Below are positions 28,531 to 38,168 of a DNA stretch of 64,000 bases, one piece after another. The stretch lies in IMG/VR virus record IMGVR_UViG_3300021964_010723; one strand, given 5' to 3'. Position 1 is the first letter of the stretch; every line of letters starts with the position of its first letter. Source of the DNA: a virus. Lineage: Duplodnaviria > Caudoviricetes. A model generated the notes under the pieces. It saw nothing but the letters and a program-made list of their open reading frames with translations. It searched no databases and was not told the DNA's origin. Position numbers and translations under genes: made by a program.

Positions 28531-28999
28531 CTACATGCTCATCCACTAGCACAAGTTGTAACTTTAACAGCACACTCGCAATCAAGCCAACCAGTGTAGT
28601 CCATAGAGCAGTTCCCATTCCTGTAGCCATCATACCCAGTGCTTCCTGTACACTTGAAGTATCTTCTACGTTCAAATCTATAAACACTGTGGTCAGCATG
28701 TAGATAAATCCTACCACAGTTCCTATCATTCCTAAGCTCAGCATGGTCTCACCGGCGAACCATTCTGGATTGGTGCTAAAAGTGTATCTGTCTTTATCAC
28801 GGTCAAATCGGTGTAATCTGTAGCCTAGTCTCAGAGAGAATAAGAAATATAATCCTATAATAACCCAGCTAATCTTAGTAATGTCACTCTTGTACAAGCT
28901 GTCTAGGAATCCAAACGTCCAGCTGAGATACATCACTAATACACTTACACAGAATACCGTATACCATTTAAGTCTAGTTTGTACATGTTCATTCATCAT
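28523..28999 (-). CDS. MotA/TolQ/ExbB proton-channel family protein
   Basis: LGMIGTVVGF...GMGTALWTTLVGL TM motifs. Confidence 0.75.
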   Translation of the reverse strand: MMNEHVQTRLKWYTVFCVSVLVMYLSWTFGFLDSLYKSDITKISWVIIGLYFLFSLRLGYRLHRFDRDKDRYTFSTNPEWFAGETMLSLGMIGTVVGFIYMLTTVFIDLNVEDTSSVQEALGMMATGMGTALWTTLVGLIASVLLKLQLVLVDEHVDG

Positions 29000-30639
29000 T
29001 TATTTATCTCACCCCATTGTTTAAAAGTGTAACACTTGGTATCTACTGTATGTATATAATCTGATCTGTCCTGTGTGCGGATGCGACCTTGACCATATAC
29101 GATGTCATAATCTCTATATGCTACTGGTCTTTGTACTGTAACGTCTATGTATTCGCCATAGCCTGTGCCTAGTGTAAGGAATGTTACCCAGCGTCCGTTA
29201 GTACCACGGAATGCACGACCGTTAGCTACAATACCTGCAAACTCTACACGGTCAAGCCACTGCTGTCGTACACCAAGCCCGTCTGGAAATCCCTTGTGCC
29301 ACCAGCCCGGTTCTGCAGGCACTTTCACCCTGTGTGCTTCGCAGTTGTAAACCCAGCGTCTATAACTGCCTTGACAATGCTTTAGACATGCTGCCCAGAA
29401 CTTGCGTTTGTTGTGTGCTTTCTGGTATGCCAGTGCCCAGATAAGCCGTCCTAGGTTAACAGCATGCGCCCTGCACAAACCAAAACCACTTAGCTCTTGC
29501 AGTGCTGTAATAGCTTCTTGCTTGCGTGGATGATCTCCTATCCGCTGCATAAATTCAAGTATCCTTGAATCGTTCTTCTTTGCAAACGCACGGCGATACA
29601 TGTCTGCTTCGTAGTTGTCTACGTCTATTATATCGCTGATAATCTCAATAGCATCATCCTCAAACACTATTGTGTCTTGTACTGCTTCTCTGCTCCAGTC
29701 ATGGAACATAGCAGCCTTCTGCCTGCCTGATAGTGCTACTGGACGTATCAGTGCAGTAGCAAACACACAATCCTCCACGCTCTGCGGTTGTAGCGCACGG
29801 AATAGCCTACGCATCGCAGGAGACTCGCCCTGTGTAACACCCAGCACATCTCCCCTACACAACAGTTCACTAGTAGCAGGATCCGTGCGTGGATAGTCTG
29901 CAAGTGCTGTATCCGGATCGATCTCTAGCAGTTGCGACAGTCCACGATTAGCTAGGATATCTACCTTAAGGTGCTCTAGGTCTTCTACTTCATATTTGTC
30001 CAGCAGTATTTGATTATCTGCTGATATAAGACTTTTGGGTAGCTGGCGTGTAAACATTACTACACCGCCACAATGCTTGCTTATACAACGCTTCTTGCCC
30101 AAGAGCTTGCGTTCTATACGTTTGGCTTCCTTAGGATCCACACCTGCAGATTCATACGTAAATCCACGCTTTAAAGCTCCTGTAGCGCCCAAACGCTTTG
30201 CTGCTTCTCTACGTGCGCTCTTTTCTTTATATGTAACGTAGTTGCTTAAACGTGCAGTCTTACCAGGCCATTTTTTAAATATCCGCTGCATAACTTCATT
30301 CTGCCTGTGATGCTCAAAGTCTATGTCAACATCGGGCAAGTCGTCACGCATTGGATTCATAAAACGTGCAACTGGTATACGCCACTGTACAGGATCGACA
30401 TCTGTAATACCAAGTAGGTAACAGATAAGGCTAGAGCCTGCGCTGCCACGTGTCATGTGGGTAAGGTCATCTGTGAGATCTATTATATCACATATTTGGA
30501 GGAAGTAATCTGTGAAGCGTTGATTGAGGATTAGTTCGAATTCTTCTACTAGCCTTAGCTTGTATTCTTCGCCTTCGGGTATGGGTCTTTTGAAGCGACC
30601 CATGAGCCTTTCTATATTATCTAAATCTGTATTTGCCAT
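28996..30639 (-). CDS. dnaE: DnaE-type (family C) DNA polymerase alpha subunit lacking the PHP domain
   Basis: RGSAGSSLICYLLGITDVDP, PDVDIDFE, SKHCGGVV, LKVDIL, GFGLCRAHA, C-terminal OB-like segment. Confidence 0.85.
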   Translation of the reverse strand: MANTDLDNIERLMGRFKRPIPEGEEYKLRLVEEFELILNQRFTDYFLQICDIIDLTDDLTHMTRGSAGSSLICYLLGITDVDPVQWRIPVARFMNPMRDDLPDVDIDFEHHRQNEVMQRIFKKWPGKTARLSNYVTYKEKSARREAAKRLGATGALKRGFTYESAGVDPKEAKRIERKLLGKKRCISKHCGGVVMFTRQLPKSLISADNQILLDKYEVEDLEHLKVDILANRGLSQLLEIDPDTALADYPRTDPATSELLCRGDVLGVTQGESPAMRRLFRALQPQSVEDCVFATALIRPVALSGRQKAAMFHDWSREAVQDTIVFEDDAIEIISDIIDVDNYEADMYRRAFAKKNDSRILEFMQRIGDHPRKQEAITALQELSGFGLCRAHAVNLGRLIWALAYQKAHNKRKFWAACLKHCQGSYRRWVYNCEAHRVKVPAEPGWWHKGFPDGLGVRQQWLDRVEFAGIVANGRAFRGTNGRWVTFLTLGTGYGEYIDVTVQRPVAYRDYDIVYGQGRIRTQDRSDYIHTVDTKCYTFKQWGEINK

Positions 30640-30681
30640 TGTGCCTTTCTTTGCCTCTATGGCAAATATTTACACTAAAGT

Positions 30682-31281
30682 TTAGACAATATCACTTGTT
30701 TTGATTAGGATGCCTTGCTTTATATGATTTTTAAAATCTCTTTCATATACTATTTTACCTTCAAAATTCCAAGGTTCTTTTAAAAAATCTATAGGTCTAA
30801 ATTTTCCATTCTTGCAATCTTGATTAGTAATTTTTTTATTGTGTGTTATGTCATTAGTTAAGAAAAGGAATTTACTATGGCTTACAAAATTTTCGATTAA
30901 GTTACGTACTATTTCATTTGATAAATGTTGTAGAACATCTTTACAAATAATTAAATCTACAGTAGGAAAAATCCAAGACTTAGTCACAGTTTCAAATTTA
31001 ATAATATTATTGGCGTATTTTTTTGTATTTTCCTCCATTAAAAAAGGAACAACATCTACACCTATATATGATGTTATATATTTGTCCCAATTTATTAATG
31101 AACTAAATTGCCAGTCACCGCAGCCGTAATCTAAAACAGAATTAATATTTTCATCGGCTAAAATGCTTAGTAAACTTTGTCTATACTCTTCAGAATTTTT
31201 TACACTAGATCCAGGTCCAGAACCAGTACCCCAATAGTTATTTTTATATATACTAGAAAATATATTTTCTAAATTTTTCAT
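30682..31281 (-). CDS. Class I SAM-dependent methyltransferase
   Basis: VLDYGCGDW, GVDVV, DLIICKDVLQHL. Confidence 0.8.
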   Translation of the reverse strand: MKNLENIFSSIYKNNYWGTGSGPGSSVKNSEEYRQSLLSILADENINSVLDYGCGDWQFSSLINWDKYITSYIGVDVVPFLMEENTKKYANNIIKFETVTKSWIFPTVDLIICKDVLQHLSNEIVRNLIENFVSHSKFLFLTNDITHNKKITNQDCKNGKFRPIDFLKEPWNFEGKIVYERDFKNHIKQGILIKTSDIV

Positions 31282-32115
31282 CTAACCTACAAAGGCTTTC
31301 TCTACTACATAATCACCCGGAGTTCCTGTGTTACCTTCTGCAAATCCATTTGCGTCCAGTATACGTTTTAAGTCTTCATTAAATTCCATGCTACCGCAAA
31401 GCATTACACGATCTTGTTGAGGATCCATTTCTCCTAGTAATACCTTATCATCAATAAGTTCTGTAATACGTTTCTGATATCCAATATATAATTCATCTCT
31501 AGTTACAATAGGAAATAGATTTAGATCGTATCCTGTTAGGTCTGCCCTATATGCTTTAAGCTCGTCCTGCTCTCTAACACTCCATGCTACATTAACTTCT
31601 GCGAAAACATTAAAAATATCTTTCTGTCTTACTAGGCTCATAAAAGGTGCAATACCTGTTCCTGTTGCAAGTAACCAAAGCCTGCGACCTGGCTTTAGGT
31701 TTTCTAATAACAGGGTGCCTGTTGCCTTAGCGCCTACTTCAACTGTATCACCAGGCTGAATATTTTTTAGCCTTGAAGTAAGTGCTCCATCAGGCACCTT
31801 GATCGAATAAAATTCTAAATAGTTATCTCCTGGGGAACTGGTAATTGAATATGCCCTGCGTACCTTATCACCAAGTCCAATCATTACAAACTCACCTGCT
31901 TTAAATGTGTAGTCTACTGGTTTGTCTGTAACAAATCTAAACAGTGTATCAGTATAATGTTGCACTTCTTTAACCATTACCACATGCTTATCTGCTGCGG
32001 GTTTTTCAGCAACTTGTTCTGCTTGCAGTATTAATAGTTCTGCTTGCCACTCTGCTTCTGATAAAGCATGCCATCCTCTACAAAAATCTGGACTTCGTCC
32101 GCATCCACACGCCAT
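31282..32115 (-). CDS. fpr: Ferredoxin-NADP+ reductase with N-terminal CDGSH-like motif
   Basis: RAYSITS, LATGTGIAPF, MLCGS, C-terminal VEKAFVG; N-terminal CGCGRSPDFCRGWH. Confidence 0.88.
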   Translation of the reverse strand: MACGCGRSPDFCRGWHALSEAEWQAELLILQAEQVAEKPAADKHVVMVKEVQHYTDTLFRFVTDKPVDYTFKAGEFVMIGLGDKVRRAYSITSSPGDNYLEFYSIKVPDGALTSRLKNIQPGDTVEVGAKATGTLLLENLKPGRRLWLLATGTGIAPFMSLVRQKDIFNVFAEVNVAWSVREQDELKAYRADLTGYDLNLFPIVTRDELYIGYQKRITELIDDKVLLGEMDPQQDRVMLCGSMEFNEDLKRILDANGFAEGNTGTPGDYVVEKAFVG

Positions 32116-32124
32116 AGTTCTCCT

Positions 32125-33552
32125 TTAGTCTGTTTCAGTGTTTAGGTTATTTAAGAATTCTTTAAGTTTAGTACTGTCAGTTTTGGCTCGTATCTTACCT
32201 ACTGTATCTCCTTCTGCAGGATCCTCTCTCACGGTTTCCTGTTGTGTTTGTGCAGTCCTTTTGATCTGGTCAAACACTGTGCTCTTACGTTTGTTAAATT
32301 CTTGATAGTCTTCGTCTTCATTCATATCACGTATACGCAGATTATCAATATCAAATTCTAGATCTACTTTGCTACCAACACCACTTGAGTTACGTGTTTT
32401 CATTAGCTGTATCTGATATCTACCACGCTCTCGCATTGCCCTGCTTGTAAAGATTCCTATCACATTATCTGCAGTTTGTATCTTACTAAGTCCGCCTGAT
32501 ATGTGCGAATGATCAAACTCTATCTCCTCTACGCTTGCTCTGTTCAACTGACTAGCTGTAACAAACAGTGTGTTAGTTTCCATTGCTAAATTACGTAGTT
32601 CCTCACTTACATATTTGTCCTTAACAAACAAGTTCTCTGCTGATATACGTTTAGCGATAGGCATCATTAGATCTAAGTAATCAACAAGTATTACTTCAAT
32701 CTTACGTCCTGTCTTTACTTCAAACTCTTTAATGTAACTACGTAGATCATTTGCAGTCTTACCGCTTGGCATGTACTTGACTTGGAAAGCACCAGACTTC
32801 TTACCTATCATCCGTACTTTCATTTCTACATCGTCTATACTTTTAAATATCTCTCTGCTGGGTATATCTGTAACCATGCTGTCAAGTCGCATGCTTACAA
32901 TATTCTCACTAAGCTCAAACGTCAAGTATAATACGTTAAGTCCTGCAAGTGCCCAGTTCACTCCTAGATTAGCCAAGAATAAACTCTTACCAGCACCACT
33001 ACCGCCTGCAAATATATTAAGCTCTCCCCTATTAAATCCACCAAACAATTTCTTATCTAGCGTAGCCCAGCCTGTGCTAACTTGTCCATTACGGCTTTTT
33101 ATTTCTTCTAATCTTGTACGTGGGTCTCTCCAATAGTCTGTACCTAAGTCTTTTTGTAATCCTATTTGTACTGCTCGTTTAACTAGATCTTCAACGGGTC
33201 CATACTCTCCTTTTTCTAGTAAGTCTGCTGACTTGAGAATTGCATCTTCTAGTGCTTTGTGCCTACTAAATGTTTCAAACTCCTGTAACAGCCAATCATA
33301 ATGTTGTTCTTGTAGTTCGCCAGGATTCTTTAGATCACATTTGGCTGCAGCATTAATCATGTCAAACGTAGGTATTGCGTTATGCTCTGCTACATAATCC
33401 TTTAAGAATTCTGCTGCAGGTTGTAAGCGCCTATCAAACGTCTTAGGTTCAAATACACCTTGACATCTCACATAGCTTTCAGCATCTGTAAGGAACATCT
33501 CAAGATATACTTTTTGTATATCGTAACCGTAATCTACATTTTGTCTTGACAT
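32125..33552 (-). CDS. 41: Replicative DnaB-family helicase (T4 gp41-like)
   Basis: GGSGAGKS, LTFELSE, ILVDYLD, TASQLNR, QLMKTRN. Confidence 0.93.
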   Translation of the reverse strand: MSRQNVDYGYDIQKVYLEMFLTDAESYVRCQGVFEPKTFDRRLQPAAEFLKDYVAEHNAIPTFDMINAAAKCDLKNPGELQEQHYDWLLQEFETFSRHKALEDAILKSADLLEKGEYGPVEDLVKRAVQIGLQKDLGTDYWRDPRTRLEEIKSRNGQVSTGWATLDKKLFGGFNRGELNIFAGGSGAGKSLFLANLGVNWALAGLNVLYLTFELSENIVSMRLDSMVTDIPSREIFKSIDDVEMKVRMIGKKSGAFQVKYMPSGKTANDLRSYIKEFEVKTGRKIEVILVDYLDLMMPIAKRISAENLFVKDKYVSEELRNLAMETNTLFVTASQLNRASVEEIEFDHSHISGGLSKIQTADNVIGIFTSRAMRERGRYQIQLMKTRNSSGVGSKVDLEFDIDNLRIRDMNEDEDYQEFNKRKSTVFDQIKRTAQTQQETVREDPAEGDTVGKIRAKTDSTKLKEFLNNLNTETD

Positions 33553-33951
33553 TTATTTTTTGGTTGGCATTGTAAAAAGTGCATTTACTGCATTTTCAGT
33601 TGGCTTACGTGCAAACACACACCATTGCAGTACTTCTTCGTTTGGATAGTTTTCTGCTACATAATCTCGGAAGCTCTTGCCTGTTGTGTACACATCGTCT
33701 ACTACAAGCACAGGGTCGTTTATGTTCTGTGTACCGTACTTATCTAGTGCCTTGCCTAGTGCTACGCCACCTCTGGGTATACCTACGGCAGCTCTCCAGT
33801 TACGAGGCTCAAACTCTCGAATAATGTGTGCAAGTGCAACCCATTCATCTGGTGATATAGCATCACACTCAATTTTCCATGTAAGTGGCAAGCCTGCATG
33901 GCTAATAAAATTTATCTTTTGGAATAAATCTATGTTAATGTTTTTATTCAT
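33553..33951 (-). CDS. Type I phosphoribosyltransferase (OPRTase-like)
   Basis: FISHAG, WKIECD, VGIPRGG, VLVVDDVYTTGKS PRPP loop. Confidence 0.8.
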   Translation of the reverse strand: MNKNINIDLFQKINFISHAGLPLTWKIECDAISPDEWVALAHIIREFEPRNWRAAVGIPRGGVALGKALDKYGTQNINDPVLVVDDVYTTGKSFRDYVAENYPNEEVLQWCVFARKPTENAVNALFTMPTKK

Positions 33952-35471
33952 GAAAATACCTTTACATTGTATAGTTTACTAAATTCTTGTGCATCTGTCA
34001 ATGTGTTTACTATGGGTTTGCCTTTTATATTGAGGCTTGTGTTTAACAGCATAGGACAGCCTGTTACTTCGTACCATCTTTCCAACAACGCTCTAAAACC
34101 AGGGTGATCTTGCTTTGTAACTGTTTGAACTCTGCTGGTTCCGTCTGCGTGGACAATTGCAGGGTATCGTTCAGGATCCTTACAATGTGCCGTGTACTGC
34201 ATATAACGTCCGAAGGGCGGCTCAAATAAACTGGATGCGTGTTCTGCAAGGACTGCAGGGGCGAAGGGACGGAACTTCTGTCTACGTTTAATGGCATTGA
34301 CTTTATCTTTAATATCCATACGCTGAGGGTCAGCAAGAAGGCTGCGAGCGCCAAGGCTACGAGGACCGAACTCGGCTCTTCCTGACGCAACCCCTGCAAT
34401 ACCCGTTTGCATAAGTTCATTAACGATTTCATCTACTGGATATTCTCCTTCTATCTCATAACCTAAATACGGTCCGGGCCATTCTATGTGTGTGCCTCTG
34501 TGTGCAAGCACTGCACCTATGCAACTGCCTGCATCGCCCGGATTAGGCATTATCCAAATGTTATCTTCACCGTTCCAGTGTTCAACTATCTTGCTATTAG
34601 CACTACAATTCAATGCACAACCACCCATAAACACTAGGTTACTGCTAGCGTATGTCCTAGCTACAGCCTTACTTATCCTAGTTAATATATGCTCATATGC
34701 CCATTGCGTTCCTGCTGCTACGTCATATGCCCATTGTGTAAACTCTTGCTTACCGTCTACGATATTAAATGCAATCTTAGTAGGCTCCCACCACATGCAC
34801 CCTCTATGTAGATTATGTTTAAGTTGGAAGTTAGGAAGGAGATTAAAAATATTTAAATGATTAGGAAACTGTTCCCAAAAATCGTTTAATATAGTTTCGC
34901 CATACTTACCAGCATCTCCATATGCTGCCATACCCATTAGTATGTACTCTTCCTCATTTGGTTTCAGTCCGATACGTTGTGTTATTGCACTATACCAAAT
35001 GCCTATGCTGTTTGGATAGTTCCAGGTGCGTTTACACGTAAGTGTATCATACTCACCTTCCCATACACTTAAAGTATTCCATTCGCCAATAGCATCAATG
35101 ACTAGCACAGTTGCATGATCAAACCCACTGGTATAATATCCAGCTGCTGCATGTGAATGATGATGACCTATCGTTGATATAGGCGCTGTCAAACCAAAGG
35201 ATTTTAAATATTTTTTTATGTTGTTCTTGTTAAGTAAATCTTTTTGTCCAGCATACAACTGCCGTGTAGTTTTTAGTAAAGGTTTTTCGTACCATACAAT
35301 CTTATTAGGTTCTCCCCATTGCAGTGCATAGTCAACAATACTAGGATTTAAGTGTGCATCATTTTTTTTATGGCTAAATCTTTCTGTATGACTTGCAAAT
35401 TCTATTTTGTCGTTGTTATGCACACTAATTGCAGCGTCATGACTGTTAGCACTTATTCCCCATGTAATCAT
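33948..35471 (-). CDS. Carbamoyltransferase (NodU/CmcH family)
   Basis: SHDAA, HHHSHAAAGY, DAIGE, MGMAAYG, GGCALNC, EFGPRSLGARS, RQKFRPFAP, LLNTSLN. Confidence 0.93.
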   Translation of the reverse strand: MITWGISANSHDAAISVHNNDKIEFASHTERFSHKKNDAHLNPSIVDYALQWGEPNKIVWYEKPLLKTTRQLYAGQKDLLNKNNIKKYLKSFGLTAPISTIGHHHSHAAAGYYTSGFDHATVLVIDAIGEWNTLSVWEGEYDTLTCKRTWNYPNSIGIWYSAITQRIGLKPNEEEYILMGMAAYGDAGKYGETILNDFWEQFPNHLNIFNLLPNFQLKHNLHRGCMWWEPTKIAFNIVDGKQEFTQWAYDVAAGTQWAYEHILTRISKAVARTYASSNLVFMGGCALNCSANSKIVEHWNGEDNIWIMPNPGDAGSCIGAVLAHRGTHIEWPGPYLGYEIEGEYPVDEIVNELMQTGIAGVASGRAEFGPRSLGARSLLADPQRMDIKDKVNAIKRRQKFRPFAPAVLAEHASSLFEPPFGRYMQYTAHCKDPERYPAIVHADGTSRVQTVTKQDHPGFRALLERWYEVTGCPMLLNTSLNIKGKPIVNTLTDAQEFSKLYNVKVFS

Positions 35472-35606
35472 TTAATCATAGATAAAAGGATCTCTTTTTC
35501 TTAATTCTTCCATTTTTTTTCTAAATTCAATTTCATCTTTTATCCAATAAAAAGGATAAGATATCCAAAACCAAAGTAATTTTAATTTTTCTTTTAACCA
35601 AACCAT
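35472..35606 (-). CDS. Small protein (44 aa, not in ORF track) coupled to the carbamoyltransferase
   Basis: Hand-translated MVWLKEKLKLLWFW...ELRKRDPFIYD. Confidence 0.5.
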   Translation of the reverse strand: MVWLKEKLKLLWFWISYPFYWIKDEIEFRKKMEELRKRDPFIYD

Positions 35607-36577
35607 TTTTTTGCTCTCAATTTTATTTTTAAACTAGAATTACATCTAGAAGTAATAATGCTGTATAGAGTAAGCATTCTACCGTATTTATCTACAGCAT
35701 CACCTACATCATTTATATTTTTATCCCAATCAGGGAAACTTATGCTCCATCCTAAAGATAATGCTTGGTCTATCAATTTTTTTCCAGCCTTATCTCTATC
35801 TGGAATAACAATTTTCTCAGTGTTATAAGAATTTAATAAATTACATTGATATTCTGAAATTTCAGATCCTAATATACTTGTAGCTCCTAATAATAATGCA
35901 TCTATAGGACCTTCGCAAATTATAGTAAAAGAATAATCATTTTGTTGTGCATCTAATCCAAATACATAACCTGGTTGAGAATTTGTTAAGTATTTTGGAT
36001 GTTTATCTGCAATTGTTCTTGCTGTATATCCTACAAGTTTAGTATTATAGTAAAAAGGAATTATTAATCTATTTTTTAAACCTACATTATCACAGCAATA
36101 AAAACTACTGTCTTCAAATTGAAGATTTCTATTTGATATATATTCTATTATTTTAAGAATATTAGAATTAACATTTTGTACTTCGTTTATTAGAATAGCA
36201 TTATTAGGAAGCGTAATTTCTTTAAAAGAAGGTAAGACTGTTTGTATTTGTAATTTAGTTACATTGTTTGTTTCTTGTTTTAATAATTCTAATGATAGTT
36301 TTTTAATTATATTGTCAGGTACATTTAACCATTCTAAAAATTTTTTAAATTTTAAAGATAAACTTTTTGCACCTTGCCAACTGCACTTAAAACCGCAGTT
36401 AAAGCAATGATAACTAACACCGCCATCATTATTAATAATTAATCCGCCTCTTCCACGTTTATCTGTTGTTTGTCCATTGTGATGACAACACGGCGCATTA
36501 AAACTTATCCAGCCACTAGGTGTTGTTTTTTTCTTTGCAGGTAGATATGCAGATACAATATTAGATACAATGCTCAT
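35594..36577 (-). CDS. 61: DNA primase (T4 gp61-like)
   Basis: Zn finger (APCC..YHCFNC), RLIIPFY...GYTAR, TOPRIM CEGPIDA and PDRD, DVGD. Confidence 0.9.
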   Translation of the reverse strand: MSIVSNIVSAYLPAKKKTTPSGWISFNAPCCHHNGQTTDKRGRGGLIINNDGGVSYHCFNCGFKCSWQGAKSLSLKFKKFLEWLNVPDNIIKKLSLELLKQETNNVTKLQIQTVLPSFKEITLPNNAILINEVQNVNSNILKIIEYISNRNLQFEDSSFYCCDNVGLKNRLIIPFYYNTKLVGYTARTIADKHPKYLTNSQPGYVFGLDAQQNDYSFTIICEGPIDALLLGATSILGSEISEYQCNLLNSYNTEKIVIPDRDKAGKKLIDQALSLGWSISFPDWDKNINDVGDAVDKYGRMLTLYSIITSRCNSSLKIKLRAKKWFG

Positions 36578-36583
36578 ACATTA

Positions 36584-36612
36584 ATTATAGCAAAGTAGCA
36601 GTAGATTGTCAA
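36584..36612 (-). promoter_or_regulatory. Sigma70-type promoter for primase (leaderless)
   Basis: TTGACA-17-TATAAT with TG extension, 6 nt before ATG. Confidence 0.7.
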
Positions 36613-36614
36613 GA

Positions 36615-36992
36615 TTAATGATTTAATTTTACGCTGTTTACTGATCCATCAGTCCACGAACTAACTAAACATCTTACCCACACAAAGTTACCGGTAAAGT
36701 TATACATCTTGCTACTAGTTTCATTTATAATGTATTCAACAAAATTAGATGTAGTATTATCTGTAACATCTGTTATGTTAACCGTAAACCAATCTTCGTC
36801 TGCAGGATCGGTAGCTAGTGATGCTTGTATTTCTACTTTACCTAAGAATCCTGTGAGCACAACTTGTATAGTATGGAAGCCATCTGCACGACCATAATAA
36901 CCATCGCCTTTAAATTTTTCACTTGTAATAGTTTGTTCTGAACTGTCTCCCGGGTGCGTCTGGGTTGCTATAATAGTTTCACTTGTTGCCAT
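36615..36992 (-). CDS. Probable virion structural protein
   Basis: Beta-rich, T/S-rich; coupled to a paralog-like upstream gene. Confidence 0.5.
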   Translation of the reverse strand: MATSETIIATQTHPGDSSEQTITSEKFKGDGYYGRADGFHTIQVVLTGFLGKVEIQASLATDPADEDWFTVNITDVTDNTTSNFVEYIINETSSKMYNFTGNFVWVRCLVSSWTDGSVNSVKLNH

Positions 36993-37000
36993 ACCTATTC

Positions 37001-37765
37001 CTAATTCCTTACTAAAATTTTTGTTACGGTATCATTTGGTGATGCAGTTGTCTTAAATCGTAAGTAGTTGTATACGCCTCTAAAATTAAAATAAGCAGGC
37101 ATTGTTTCTGTACCATCAAATGTTATCGTGTTTATCGGTGCCCAACTGGTATCTTCATTAATGTTTACATCAAGTGTAGCTTCTAGTGTTGCATCACCTA
37201 CATAATTGTTTGTATATATTGCTGCTGTATGTAAGGCTTCATTACCGTTGAGAGCAGGTTCTGCTGATATGGCCTCACTAATCCATTCTGTATTGTTTTG
37301 TACAAAAGTAGATACAGTGTGCGGTTGTGCTGGTCCTGGAAATGCATAATCGTCAACAAACAGAGTGGCATTGTTATCAAAATTACTATCTGCAAAGGTT
37401 AAATGATTATCACCTTCTAAATCTGTAAGATAGATATTGTAACGTAGATACTGTTTTTGAATATTTAATAAATCATTTTCTGTAATATTAATCTCAAATT
37501 TACCTTTAGCTCCATCTTGTACAGTGCCTACTCTTCTTATAACTTGTCTTTTTGTTTCGTCAAACGCTACAAATGTAGGCATATAATCGGTTATATCCAT
37601 TGGTTTTTGATCTGCATTAACTATTTTAAATTGTATTTTATTGTCAATACCCCGGTAGGCTTTTATCTGTCTACTATACACTGGCATGTACTCCGTGTCA
37701 AATCCTGTTTCATTTGTTACAATTATAATTGTATTATTTACTAAATATCTTGGTATAAGTTGCAT
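37001..37765 (-). CDS. Probable virion structural protein (true start MQLIP)
   Basis: TAAATA at 37770-37775, 4 nt before ATG; beta-rich composition. Confidence 0.6.
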   Translation of the reverse strand: MQLIPRYLVNNTIIIVTNETGFDTEYMPVYSRQIKAYRGIDNKIQFKIVNADQKPMDITDYMPTFVAFDETKRQVIRRVGTVQDGAKGKFEINITENDLLNIQKQYLRYNIYLTDLEGDNHLTFADSNFDNNATLFVDDYAFPGPAQPHTVSTFVQNNTEWISEAISAEPALNGNEALHTAAIYTNNYVGDATLEATLDVNINEDTSWAPINTITFDGTETMPAYFNFRGVYNYLRFKTTASPNDTVTKILVRN

Positions 37766-37796
37766 ATTATATTTATTAGAAAGAATACTATTATTA

Positions 37797-38168
37797 ATGC
37801 TACGTAAAGATATAGAAGAAAAGTATCCATTCATAACTATTATCCAATATGGTGGTAAAGAATTTGTAGGTATTGTAGTAAATCAAGATCAAAATATTAC
37901 TACTTTATTAGATTATTCATTACTTAGAAATATTCAAGATAAAAAATTGTTAGTAGATCTTGGTGAAATATGGTGGATGGAAAGTAATCGTATGATTCCG
38001 ATTACAATTTTTTTAAAGGAAGATATTAATCCATTAAAATATACGCTACGGAATTTAAATACAAAGGATGTTAATGTTATTTTAGGACCAACTGTAAATT
38101 TAACAAATTTGCATGCAAAAAGGGTAAAAAGGAAAAGTATACAAATGATTAGGAAAGCAAAAAAGTAA
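37797..38168 (+). CDS. Hypothetical protein (likely start MLRKD)
   Basis: YPFITIIQYGGKEFVGIV..., WWMESNRMIPI motif. Confidence 0.65.
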   Translation: MLRKDIEEKYPFITIIQYGGKEFVGIVVNQDQNITTLLDYSLLRNIQDKKLLVDLGEIWWMESNRMIPITIFLKEDINPLKYTLRNLNTKDVNVILGPTVNLTNLHAKRVKRKSIQMIRKAKK

